From: Pseudogymnoascus verrucosus
Taxonomy: Eukaryota
Reading direction: 5' to 3' (one strand)
Length of the DNA stretch: 64,000 nucleotides
NCBI GenBank assembly: GCA_001662655.1
Contig: KV460243.1
The notes under the pieces were generated by a model that had not been told where the DNA came from, did no database searches, and worked only from the letters and a program-made list of their open reading frames with translations. This document shows positions 25,497-37,549 of the stretch, piece after piece. Numbering within the stretch: the first letter of the stretch is position 1; every line of letters starts with the position of its first letter. A program made the translations under genes and the position numbers.

Positions 25497-26488
25497 CTAC
25501 ACAATGTCCAGAATCTCCGCTTCGCCCGGAATCACAGTTCCGTTTAGAACAGCATCCCCATGAGCCCTTGCAACAAGAGAGTAATCTGGTAGATACCTAC
25601 GCACGAAGTTAGTAAGACATATCTCTAACCATGCAGCATTCCACCAAACTTACACGTCCAGGAATGGCAGGACCTCAGCAGAGCCAGGGGTGCTACGCCA
25701 GTCTCTCATCAAGTCCATTGTGATGGCAAACAACCCTCCGAGATGTACACCCGCCTGCTCCATCCTACGATTTGCGTCCGCAGCGAGTTTTTCATTGAAC
25801 GTCCCACTCGCATCCGTATTGGCCCACACAGAGTAACCCTCCTGGCGAAGAGAAAGGGCGAGGAAAGAAGTACCTGGGCGTGTTAGCCTACGAATCTACC
25901 GGGTGCTTGGGTATTTGGTAGACTTACAAACTTCAGTGACGATACCGGCGAGGATGACGTGCTTTTTGCCCGTAGCCTTCACGGCGGCGCGGAAATCGGC
26001 ATTGTCCCAGGCGTCAACTTCACCCTGGCGGTGGATGAAGGTGGCGTTTGGGTGGAGGGCGACGATTTCTTTTGGTAGCTGGCCATTTGGGCCTGGTTTG
26101 GTCAGTACATTATTTGATAACGACGTTTAGAAGCATTTTTTACCAGTATCGGCAGACGTTGTGAGGATGGTTGGGAGGTTAAAGAGGTTCCCTAGAGCTG
26201 CGTGGCCGAGGACGGAGTTTCTGAACTCGACAGTGCCGTAGTCTCTCACGACTGCTTTGAGGCCGGTCTGGTGGTCTACAACGAGGAGGACCTGTAGAAA
26301 TTAGAGATGTATGGAATGTTAGAATTGTCGAATTCTTACAGCGTTGTTCTTGTCTAGCCTTTCAAAAGTGAATCCTGGCAAATATATATATCAGCTTGGC
26401 CATGGTCAGTCGTATGTGTATGTAAAAACTTACCATTTGCAGCAACTACGGTTGCAAGCGCAAGGCTTGTTAAAAGTTGAAACTTCAT
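25497..26488 (-). CDS. Secreted YcaC-like isochorismatase-family cysteine hydrolase
   Basis: Spliced product MKFQLLTSLALATVVAA...RLDKNNAVLLVVDHQTGL...PNGQLPKEI...RQGEVDAWDN...ILAGIVTEVCTSFLALSL...DASGTF...LMRDWR. About five introns; missed by the ORF track. Confidence 0.9.
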
Positions 26489-27660
26489 GTTGAAAGAGAA
26501 CAAAAAGTAATTGCTTCGTCTTGGAGTCTAATTCTGAGGAATGAGAAGGTGTAGAGCGATGTAGAGAAGATTAAAGATATGATCACTTGGGAAAGGCCGT
26601 CCCCTTTATACCTCAAAATCCAGACACTCAGAACTTCAAGGAATCCGAGTACGCCGTCCTTCATATGCATCATTCCAATAGTCAGAACTCCATAATTAAT
26701 AAAATGCCTGCATCTGGAGGCTTCTCAGACCGAGGAGCTGTTCTTTCAAATCCGTGAAACGTAGCATATCGTAACATCAGAACCAGTCCCACCCACCATA
26801 TACACGTGTATCCACTGATAAGTCATAAAATATGAAGCATCTCGAGCATACTCCCTCACCGTCTGAGAGCTATTGTGGAGAGAAGTAAAAATAGCCTACC
26901 TGTACGACGATTACACAATCACCTAGAGGCAATAAATGCGTGCATTAGCTCCTGCTCTCTGCGGGCTACTTAGGATAGAAAGAGTTAGCCACCATGTACG
27001 GCGATGACAGATGCTTCGCAGATATATTAAAGATTTTGGGTTTCGCCCATCCCGCGCCCAACGGCCGGCCCGTAGCCGCTCCTAGAGTGGGCCCTGCACC
27101 GGACAGCATCTTTAGTTGGTTTAGGTAAGTGAATGCCCATACCTAACCTGGGGCTAGTCACGGCTGACTGTGCAAGCTCAAAGAGTATGCCGTTTTTTCG
27201 TCACCCTGCGATCAATAGTTGCCATTGATGACTGTTGGAGCTCGTAGCACGTGTGCTACACGCCGGGATTTCGTGCATCAATACGGGCGCTGAATCATCG
27301 CCCGGGGGGTGTGCACGTCAACGCACCCCAGCTAGTGCTGATTTGTTAAAAAACAGCAGACTCATAGTAATATAAACCGCTTGCAACATGAGATGTAAAA
27401 AAGCCTAGGCTATTATTAATTTGCAAGAGGGTATTTCAACGTCGAGATGGATGCGCTGACGGAAGGCACTGACTAGCCTTTGCTTGTGCCATTATTTTAT
27501 CCCATAAGTGACTCCATATGCGGGTATATTTCACTCATCGATGTCCTCGTACACTACTGGAGATCTCCTTGTATCTATACACTATATGGAACTATATATC
27601 TAAGAGTGGAGTTTGCATACGAAATTATTAAAAGGCTGGTTATCAGGCAACCGGCGGCCG

Positions 27661-29069
27661 TCACACCCTCCCAAAAATGCCTTGAGGCGTGGCAATCTTT
27701 GTCAAAACAGCAATGAATCCACCAAACAAGCATACAGCGCCGCTGAACATACATGCCTCAAAAAATCCTCCATAATGATGCACAAACACCCCATTTACTG
27801 GCGGCCCTATCAATCCCCCGAGAGAGCTTAGAGACATGCCCATGCCCATATACATCCCTATCTCCCGTGGGTCTTTGGCGCAGAGCGAGATGCAAGCGGA
27901 GAGCCCAGAGATAATAGTTCCTGAGGTGAAACCAAAGACGACGCCATATCCAATTAACGAGCTATTGGTCTTTGCTGAGTTCATGCAGAAAATGGCAATG
28001 CCGGTCGAGACACCCCCTATCGCGAATACATTCAGTCTCCCGTACTTGTCTGCCAGCACGCCGGGGATAATACGGCCAAACGTTGATGATGCATTGACGA
28101 TTGCAAGAAGATATCCAGCAAGTGCCGGATCCATGCCTCGAGCGACAGCGTAGGTTGGAAGGTAGAAAAGCGGGGTGAGCATGCCCATAAATATGAAAAA
28201 CATGGACACCATCAGCAGGACAAAAATCACCTCCGTATACGCCCTCGAGAGCCAGAATGCCGTCGTCCGCGGCGTTAGACGCGGCCTGACAGCTACGCAT
28301 GCGAACGCTAAGAGCGGTATGAGTAGGAACCCAATAACCCTTACTGACCACCCGAAGCCGAGCGACGAGTTGTTCAGCATCTTCGATAGCGCGATAGGGA
28401 TCACTACTCCACCAATAGAAGACCCAGAGACTACCACTCCCAGAGCTGCGGCTCGGTTCTTGTCGAAGTACTGCGACACCGCTGCAAAGGCAGGGAACTG
28501 AAGGAAACCCATAGCGACGCCCATTAGGACGCCTTGCACCAACATAATCTGCCAGTACGCTTTGCACAGACTCAGCATCATCACCGAAAACACGTACACC
28601 ACTGCCGCCGGCTGCATAATCTATATCACCGTCAGTAGGCTTCCTATGCAACAACCAACTAAATTTGTAGACTTACCCGCGAGCCATACCGATCGAACAT
28701 CGGTCCCCCGACCATACCAGCACCGAATTGGAGGTACGCTGATATAGACCCAATCCAGGCAATTTTATCAGGAGAGTGGCCCTGGAGCTGGTGCGTTAGG
28801 TAGTATTGTTCGAAAGCACCAAATGAGTTCGAAAAACCAAGGCAGCAAAATAATATTGCAGCACCGCCGGCGGCGACAATCCAGGCCCTGGCACCGCCAT
28901 CCGGCGCTGGTTTGTCGGAGTCGGGTGGGGAGGCGGAGGAATTCACTTGGTCAAGTAGATCGGGTGAGCTGGGAGCGGAATTGTCTTTGTCGAGTTCGGA
29001 TTCAATGGTTGCCGTCGACTCTTTATCGTTGACCGGGGGAGAATTTTTTTCCCTAATTATTGTGGCCAT
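27661..29069 (-). CDS. MFS transporter, monocarboxylate-porter (Mch) family
   Basis: PDGGARAW, FSNSFGAFEQYY, SQYFDKNRAAALG, GRIIPGVLADKYGR and a 12-TM-like pattern. One intron about 28624-28677. Confidence 0.93.
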
Positions 29070-29279
29070 ATTTTATTAAGTAGTATCTCAAGAAAGCTAT
29101 TGTGAGAATAATGCTAGATATATTCAAGAAATACAACGCTCGCTGACTTTTTGACAACAACAGAAACATGAAAAATAACAGATAAGCATTAGAAGGAAGC
29201 TTGAATTTATTATAAATTTATTTTTTAGCCTATTTCTCCTCGATTACATTCCCATTGTCGGATATGAGAATAATCGGAG

Positions 29280-29430
29280 GTAATTGGGGACGGCGCCGTC
29301 GGCCGGACACGGGATCGGACTCGGCAACCGAACTCGGCGATACTAAACCCGACTTTAAAGCACACGACCTCCCCTCGACCTAACCATGATTCTGTTTCCC
29401 TAGCCTTTCGAAACCGAAGCCCGTCGGAGA
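29280..29430. promoter_or_regulatory. CGG/CCG-triplet cluster in the bidirectional promoter between the MFS and TF genes (candidate Zn2Cys6 sites)
   Basis: gacggcgccgtcggccggacacgggatcggactcggcaaccgaactcggcga; Zn2Cys6 factors bind CGG triplets. Confidence 0.4.
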
Positions 29431-29504
29431 TAATGTGAGATTTTCTACGCCCAACTATAGCTCTCAGTTTAAACAGCCTGAGTGCGACGCACATATTACT
29501 AGCT

Positions 29505-32074
29505 ATGACCGACCCCGAGCGGCGGCGCAGGCGTCTCACTGTGTATGTCCCCCACCAATACCTCACCTGTTGAATCCCCCACTAATAACGCCCACGAGGA
29601 AAATAGCTCCTGTACCTTGTGCAAGCGCCGCAAGATACGATGTAACCGCGAGACGCCATGTAGCAACTGCGTGCGCTCGCGGAACGGGACTTGTGTCTAT
29701 GAGAACAACGTTACTGCCCCTCCCAGACGGGACACGGGACTGACCCCTGAACGGGCTGGTGGGTTTGGGAGGGAATCAAATGCTAGTAGACGCAGCGAAC
29801 CGGCTTTCCCTCCCCTTCCCACCCCGTCGTCTAGCGCATCATCCCCTGCGCCCGATGTGGCGGCCATGCAGCGGCGTATCCTGGCGCTTGAATCGGAGCT
29901 TGCGGGGGTGTCTATCAAGCAAACCCCCACCCAGCAGCCTCCGATGGAACTGGCCCCGGCTCTACTGGATCCGTTCTCAACTCAGAAAGAGGACACGGTG
30001 ACGACCACGACGAAGCTGGCGGGTACATTTCATGTGCATAATGAGAATACCGAGTGTGGGATTGGGTACGAGGGGGGTATCCCGCGTAGTGTCACGCATA
30101 AGACGAGGGTTTTTGGCCAGAGTCATTGGATTAATGGGATTGTGCTGGTGAGTTGGGACTTTGCGCTGCGAAAATTGCCTTGCCGAGATTTGTTCTATTT
30201 TTATCAGGGGCCGGCGTGGAGTATCATAGTTTACAAAGGGGTTATTGCAGGTTGGAGAAAATGATAAACGATACGCTCGCTGACAACTTCTCAGTTCCTC
30301 GGAATCCCCAAACTTATCGAGTCCCATTTCCTCTGCGAAACATCCCGCGCCGTTGTTGGCATCCAACGCTGCAAATCGCTTGCTCGAACCATCAAGTTTC
30401 AACGCACACCTGCCGCCCGTTCTCTCCCACCAATCCCGGATCTGCCACCCAAAGAAGTCGCCGACACTCTCATAGAGTCCTACCTCCGTACCGTAGAGTC
30501 CGTCCACCGCATATTGCACATCCCCACCTTCCGACGCGACTACGCGGCGCTCTGGGCCTCTGAGTCCCCCACCAACACTGTATTCTTGGTGCAGCTGAAA
30601 CTCGTCCTCGCGATCGGTGCCTCGACGTACGATACGAAGTTCTCTCTCCGTACGTCAGCGATTCGATGGGTTTATCAGGCACAAAACTGGCTATCAGAAC
30701 CGGCGTTCAAGTCCCGCCTAAACATCCAGACGCTGCAGATCAGCCTCCTGCTACTGTTCGCGCGAGAAACGACGGGTGTCGGCGAAGATATGGTATGGGT
30801 ATCTGCCGGCTCGCTGTTGCGGACCGCCATTCACATGGGTTTGAACCGGGACCCGTCGCTCTTGCCAACACGTAGCTTGTTTGCAGCCGAAATGCGCCGG
30901 CGACTCTGGAACACGATCCTAGAAGCAGTCGTCCGAACAAGTCTCATGTCTGGCGGCCCGCCACTGCTGTCACTGAGTGACTTCAACACTGCGCCTCCTA
31001 GAAATTTTTCGGATGAGCAGCTCTCTGACGATGACTCTACGCCGGCCCCGGATGGGGAGTTCACGCAGATCTCTGTCGCCATCGCGCTGCGCGCCACATT
31101 CCCCCTTCGCCTCGCCGTTGCCAAATTTCTCAATGATTTTGGTGCCCATGGCACCTATGACGAGACCCTACGCCTTGACACCGAGCTGCGAACCGTCTAC
31201 CGCGCGCTCTGCCACACGCTCCAAGGATACGCTTCCTCCAGCACTGGATCTACGCCATCGAGATTCGCGCTCCGAGTCGTCGATTTCCACATGCTACGGT
31301 ACCAGCTGGCACTGCACGTCCCATTCTTCGGGCCTGCGCTTAAAGTCACAGCATATGCGTACTCGCGGACAGTCGTAGTCGAGAACTCCCTGCGGTTGTG
31401 GTATAGCGTCTGTCCACCGTCGTCCGGTGCGCGTGGGGTTGCTGTGGTGGAGGAAGAGGAAGAGGAGATAGGTAGGGACGACTTGATGCGGCTTGCAGTC
31501 TGCGGGTCAGGCTTCTATTGTACTGTTGCCATTCAAGCGAACCTCCTCATTGCAGTCGAGTTACGAACTCAGGTCATGGAAGCCGCAAGTCTCTCACCGC
31601 CGACGTTGCGCCCAGACCTACTAGCAGTTCTCGAGGATAGTAAAGCATGGGTGTTGCGGCGTATTGAAGCCGGCGAGACGAACATCAAAGGATACTTAAT
31701 GTTATGCGTTGTAACGACACAAATTGACGCGCTCGCTCTCGGTCTTGGGAAGGATGAAATGCTGCGATTATGTCTCGAGGCTGCGGAAGAGTCCGAGGAG
31801 GTATGTTTTCCCCTGCTTGAGGAGATGGTGGCGCAGGGGCGGGATGGAGGCGGGGATAGTGGGATTCCAACAGGCCTCGGAACACCTGAGGGAGGGGTAG
31901 AGGATTGGGAGTTCATGGTGAGTTGGGTGCTGGCATGTATGTGTGCAGTGTTGCCGTGGCTGACCAGTGTGATAGGTTTCAGATGCGCTGTTTGAGCTGG
32001 GGGGGGTGGATGGGATGAGTTGGATGTTCGGCCAGGAGAGTGGCCAGGGGGGGGGAGGACCGTTGGTTTGGTAA
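29505..32074 (+). CDS. Zn(II)2Cys6 transcription factor with fungal-specific TF domain
   Basis: MTDPERRRRRLTV|SCTLCKRRKIRCNRETPCSNCVRSRNGTC (intron 29543-29606), then RTAIHMGLNRDP and EMRRRLWNTI. Further introns about 30148-30294 and 31918-31975. Confidence 0.92.
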
Positions 32075-33263
32075 GGAAGGCGTGTCATAATTGTACAGTA
32101 CAATATGGTTGTGGTGGTTTATGGTGGTAGTCGCCGCTCCTTAGTGATCTGTTCTCATAGTGGATAATAATATAATGGATATGGGAAATATAAACTAGCT
32201 AAACGGACCAGCTGAGTAGCCAATAGAGTAACTAATAGCGAGTATATCCCCGATCATCAGGTGATCCCCCGCATTATCGCTCAAAAATCAGCGGGGTTAT
32301 ACCATGTGGTAAGTGTACAAACCTCGGTACCTTGTACAGAATCGAGATAAAGTTGCGGGGGCCCCACACTTGACAGGGGACGATCGACCAGCTTCATCAC
32401 TCCCCTCCGCGAATTATCCACGTTTTGGCCACGAATTACCAAAGTAGGAATCTACTCGAGTAATGTGACGCCTCTTTTCTTTTCTTGGCTTCGGACATGG
32501 CAGGCAAGACGGACATGACGCCCACCACTAATCGTTGATTAAAGTTGCTCAAGCACGTGTTAAATGCATGGGTCGGACGGTATTAGGGCTACACTTGGGG
32601 ATGTGTTCTCCGCATACGTCTCTATTCGCCCGTAGACCTGCAGAGTAAGCTCAGTCGGGCCGTATACTTTGGTCTCCTGAGCACATAGGAACAAAAAGCA
32701 CCAAGTACCGGGCATTATCGATGCAGGATGCTGTGAACAAGGGCTCGACATCGGTCCTTGCACACATTAAAGTTTAATATTTATGTGTGGTTATATGCAT
32801 GGGCAAATGTATTCTTACTTTACCATTGCCAACAGTTACAGAAGGCCCCTTGTTTGGCTGAGAGACTGAAATTTTTATAAAACGCGAGGTGTCTCAATAT
32901 AGACATAATGATAATTCCAACAACACGACTGGGTCATCGATAACCCCACCATCGTAAAGTTATAATAGCTCTAGTACCTGACCCCGCAAACAGTTTGAGA
33001 TTAGGCTCCCGCAAGCAGTTCCTATTTAGGCAATACTTGCTGAACTTCTGTAACTATTAGGCAGCACTTAGTTAACCTTAGTCGCCCTTGGCATGTTTAA
33101 GTTAGTGGGAATTGGCCTTGACGTCTTGGCATGTCCGGCAGATATCCCCAAAATCCAATCCCCGCGATCCCCCCTTCTCCACGTCCCCGCATTACATCCC
33201 CGTAGGACACATATCGAATTCTCATACAGGACCTCTTTTTAACCCTCAAAACCTTCAAAAACA

Positions 33264-33547
33264 CCTCGGCTTTTTTAGTAGGCCTCACCATCATCTTCCC
33301 TCTTTCCTATTCCGCTCTCTCTCTTCAAAATTCTCCAGCTCTTAATCTATATCTTCAGAAAATGCCGAGGCACTATCATTCTTCGCCCCTCCCCCTCGTG
33401 GCCTTATACGCATAGATCTAGTTTCAGCCTACTCTGTCTCCATTCCCCACTTCACTACTACCCCAAATCTCCGTTTCGATCGTCAAACGGACTCCATAAG
33501 ACCACATAATGCCTCGGCATGGACAGCTCTCCTCTAGGTATATATAT
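33264..33547 (+). promoter_or_regulatory. Cutinase promoter with CTF1/FarA-type sites and a TATA-like element
   Basis: CCTCGG 33264-33269, GCCGAGGC 33364-33371, GCCTCGGC 33511-33518, another CCTCGG at 32322-32327, TATATA about 33539. Confidence 0.6.
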
Positions 33548-33657
33548 GACTGCATCATCTCCATCATATCTTTTTTTTAACAACCAACTCTTCAGTCCAA
33601 CAACTCACCATACTCAGCCAGCTCACCTAAACCAACCCTCAAATACCCACCGCAAAT

Positions 33658-34412
33658 ATGAAGTTCCAATCCCTCATCGTCTCAGCTCTCGCCGCTGTCG
33701 CAGTTGCAGCCCCCTACCCTGCTGCCAATGAAGCAATCGACGCAGAGGCCCTCCCAGCGATCATGGCCCGCCAGTCGGCCACCTCTGATGAGCTCAAGAA
33801 CGGAGCCTGTAAGGATGTGACCTTCATCTTCGCACGCGGCTCTACCGAGTCCGGTAACATGGTTTGTGCCCCAGTTCCCTCTTCCCGACCACAAAGAAAC
33901 CCTAGAAATAGATGGATGCTAACCAAAAACAGGGCTCTATCGTCGGCCCCCAGGTCTGCACTGCCCTCAAGACCCTTCTCGGCTCCGCCAAGGTGGCTTG
34001 CCAGGGCGTCGGCTCCCCATACGACGCCACCCTCGCCGACAACTTCCTTCCCAAGAACACGTCGCCCACCGCCATCGGCGCCGCCAACACCCTCTTTAAC
34101 CTCGCCCATACCAAGTGCCCAAACACCAAGGTTGTTGCTGGAGGCTACAGCCAGGGAACCGCTGTGATCGATAACTCTATCCAGGCTCTGAGCGCCGCAG
34201 TGGTGGCGCAGATTAAGGGCGTTGTCCTTTTCGGCTTCACCCGCAATCTGCAGGATCGTGGACAAATCCCCGGCTACCCCACTTCTCAGACTAAGGTCAT
34301 CTGCGCTGTTGGCGATCTCGTGTGCGATGGCACTCTTATCATCACTGCCGCACATTTGACATACGGCATTAACGCTTCCTCTGCCGCGGCATTCCTGGCC
34401 AGCAAAGTCTGA
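33658..34412 (+). CDS. Cutinase (carbohydrate esterase family 5), secreted
   Basis: Signal peptide, [30 protein letters not shown] and [21 protein letters not shown]. One intron about 33862-33931. Confidence 0.96.
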
Positions 34413-34682
34413 GGGATGAGATGAAGATAGGGGGTTGTTGGTGAGCTTGGGCTCCGAAAGGGGTTGGGTGCTGGGATGCAGCCAGAAGGTTCTGAGAGGG
34501 ACTTAGGGCTTGTTTCCGCTTCTTGTTTCTTCTTTTTTGTATTTGCGATTTTTTGTCAATTTTGAAAGTATAAAGTTAGCTGCAGCTCAAAAATTAAACG
34601 TCATGTTTAGAAAAAAAAATGCCTTGGCCTTTTTTGTGTAAACCGGTACCGTAGTGAAGCGCTATTTACCATACCGTGTCTT

Positions 34683-35395
34683 CAGTGTGCGGCACGGATA
34701 CCAATATACCCGTGGTATCCGGGTATATCCTCGAGTATATACCTACCCGGCGATATTTTGGGAGTATCTGGGGTATCCGGATACTCTCGAGTATATATCC
34801 GGATACTTGCCAAGAGTTGCCAAGCCTAGTTAAGGCTTCATTTTACAGACGTCATCTCAACGTTATGCTTAAACTATAGCCTTATAAGCATACTAATACC
34901 CTTAATATCTAGTTATTACTTAGGCTATTCAGTAATTCTAATAAACACTATAGCCTTAGAATAAGGATTTAGTAATATTATAATATTATTATAAAATAGT
35001 AAAATAGGTTATTACTACCTATAACATTTACTTTACTTTACTTATAGAATTATATATAAGAGGCAAATAGTAATAGTAATAATGTTAATAATAAGGTAAA
35101 TAAATAGGTATAGGGAGTATAAGGAGTATAGGGAGTATAGGGAGTATAGGGGGTATAGGGAGTATAGGGAGTATAGGGAGTATAGGGAGTATAGGGAGTA
35201 TAGGGAGTATAGGGAGTATATAGGGTATAGGGGTTAGGTCGGTTAAGGTATCGTAAAAGCCTCATTTTTATATGCTGCTATTCAGCCTCATGTATCCGGA
35301 TATATACCCTACTCTACCCGTGAGATCTTGGCCGGATACATACCCTACCCGTCGACATCACGGATACTACCCGGATATGTATCCGCCGAACACTG
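34683..35395. mobile_element. Non-autonomous hAT-superfamily DNA transposon (713 bp) with 8-bp TSD
   Basis: Imperfect TIRs CAGTGTGCGGCACGGATAC / GTATCCGCCGAACACTG; identical flanks CGTGTCTT at 34675-34682 and 35396-35403; many subterminal GGATAC/GTATCC/ACCCG motifs; AT-rich interior. Confidence 0.9.
35108..35220. repeat. 9-bp minisatellite (GGGAGTATA) x about 12 inside the hAT element
   Basis: Directly visible; produces the spurious PYTPYT ORF. Confidence 0.95.
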
Positions 35396-36429
35396 CGTGT
35401 CTTTATTGGGAAGGCACGAGTGGAAGAATAGGAAGGCACGAAGGAGGAGAGAAGGAAACTGTGGCAGAGAAGGAAAGTGCGACAGGCGCAAATGCATCCC
35501 CAATAGCTCACTTGCTTTCAAAGTTAGCCTTTCATGTTTCAATTACTTCATGTCGACTTCACAACAATCCATGAACGGCTATTTTACAAATAATTACGAG
35601 TAACTCCCGACAACAAACCTGACAGAAACGTATTACCGCGAACCTAATCAGGCGGTCTAGCGTGAAACCCCTCGGAACATTGCGTTGTTGCGGTGAACAG
35701 CTGGGCGAGAGCCGAGTACCCCTACCAAACTGCCGCTGAAGACTTGGGAAAGAAGTTTAGATAAGCCTGTTTCACAGCTTATAAAGCTTATAAATTAGAT
35801 ACCAGTTCTTATTACCAATGAAGTGTTATGTGAGACTTACAAGGGGTGGCTATCTATTTACTCACTTTGGTTATGATTTTGTTACCGCCTTTCCCACTTT
35901 ACTATCTTATTTCTCACTCCCTACATCTTCCTTCTACATGTATTCTAATCATGCCTCCAATATATCCTCCATTATTGGCACGATCTCGACACACAACTTG
36001 AAGTTACAGCCGTTCCTGTCCTACCATCCTCGGAGAAGTCGGAGGCAGTCATACAGCACATTCAAAATCCACCTCTTACCCGTCGTTCTCACATCGCACA
36101 AGAAAATGCAAATGTGAGAGTAAGCATTGCGTGTGACTGTCTTCTGAGACAGCATGATCAATAGAAGCCCAACCATGCACGAAGGACAAGCCGACGAACA
36201 GGGACCTAGAGTGGACGAGAGCTAGTAACACACCATCGGATTTTGGCATGATGGTAGCTGTTCTGGATCCGGCGAACTGTGGTTGAGTGAGCGCACTTGG
36301 ATATAAAAGCTAGGTAATGGACTCGATGGGTTTGCGAAATATAACTTTCTCTCTCAGCTCGCTTGGGAATATCAGATATCTTACACTTAATTACCAAGTT
36401 GTATTTCATTCAAACTATATTCCTTAAAC

Positions 36430-37125
36430 ATGACTGTCTCAGCCATCATCGCCGTACTCCTCCTCGCCCTTTCTCAGGACTTCATAGTTGCTGCCATCCC
36501 AGCCGCTGCCAACAGCGTCGTCGTCACTCATGTAGCCTCCGATTACTTCCCTAATGCTAAGGGCGACCTGACCCGATTTGATGTTGACGCTCGCTACGTC
36601 GGCTACAGCTCGGAAACCCAATCCTGGCTCGCCAGAATTGACCCTTCCTCTGGAAAAACGGACGAGGAGATAGCCACCCAACTGATCGAAGCCGCCTACG
36701 CCCATGCCTTCAACCCCCTCGACCCTGACATGGCCGCCGACCTTACCGCGCTCCTTGCCGCTGTCGCCGGCTCCGAACCTCCTAGCACAATAGAACGACG
36801 CTCCTCGTTCGAAGTCTCCGTCGCACATGCAGTCAAATGGGCCAGCTGTGCAGGCGTCTTCAGCTGCCTCTCTGGCACGACATGCACGTTCAGCCTGGAC
36901 ATCGGGAAGGCGCCGCGTAGCCACTGCGAGAACCAAGGAGGGTCTAATTGCTGCATCAGCTGGTCGAACTATAATATTCGTGCGGGCTTCTTTTCGACGA
37001 CTTGGACGACGTGTAATAGTGAGGTGCAGGCGGAGCAGAAGTCGGATGCTAGTTGTGAGGGGTATGGGACTAATGATCAGGGAGGCGATGTGTGCTTGAG
37101 CAATAGGGCGAACGGGTGTACGTAG
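36430..37125 (+). CDS. Secreted cysteine-rich prepro-protein of unknown function
   Basis: Signal peptide MTVSAIIAVLLLALS, Cys-free pro-region, IERR dibasic site at aa 121-124, then a 107-aa domain with 10 Cys ending VCLSNRANGCT. Intronless; TATAAAA at about 36302. Confidence 0.85.
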   Translation: MTVSAIIAVLLLALSQDFIVAAIPAAANSVVVTHVASDYFPNAKGDLTRFDVDARYVGYSSETQSWLARIDPSSGKTDEEIATQLIEAAYAHAFNPLDPDMAADLTALLAAVAGSEPPSTIERRSSFEVSVAHAVKWASCAGVFSCLSGTTCTFSLDIGKAPRSHCENQGGSNCCISWSNYNIRAGFFSTTWTTCNSEVQAEQKSDASCEGYGTNDQGGDVCLSNRANGCT

Positions 37126-37549
37126 GTGGGATGGCTGTGGCGATTTGGTAGCGGAGAAAGTTGGGGCAGGGGGGTATTCCGAAAGCAATCTAGTGGTGGA
37201 GATGCGAGAAAGAGCAGTAAAATGATATCTTTTCTGCTTGATGAGAGTTCCTACAAAGTGACGAATACGCTTCCTCCGTAGCAATAGTAATAATATACCA
37301 AATCAGTAGCATGCTGGTTCTTCAACGGATCATCAGCGTCACTCTTTTCTCTCCCAGAAACTGCGTCGTTAGCCACATCCGTAACTGCACTCATAAATCC
37401 CCCTCTATCTATTATTATAGCGCTGGCATATTGAACCAATCATTACCACCTCCGCCATTGAATCACAAGGTCTCAATTGATGAAACCGCCGGGAATATAA
37501 CAGGAATTAAGGAAGTCTTACCGCGCAGTGCAGAGAAGATGGCTGGGCA

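Noticed and set aside
29545..29606. ORF-track start MSPTNTS for the Zn2Cys6 factor
   Set aside because: It lies in intron 29543-29606; the ATG at 29505 restores the basic RRRRR segment before the Cys cluster.
35050..35265. ORF encoding PYTPYT repeats
   Set aside because: It is a translation of the 9-bp minisatellite inside the transposon core.
36439..37284. 281-aa antisense ORF over the Cys-rich secreted gene
   Set aside because: Shadow frame of GC-rich coding sequence with no protein-like features.
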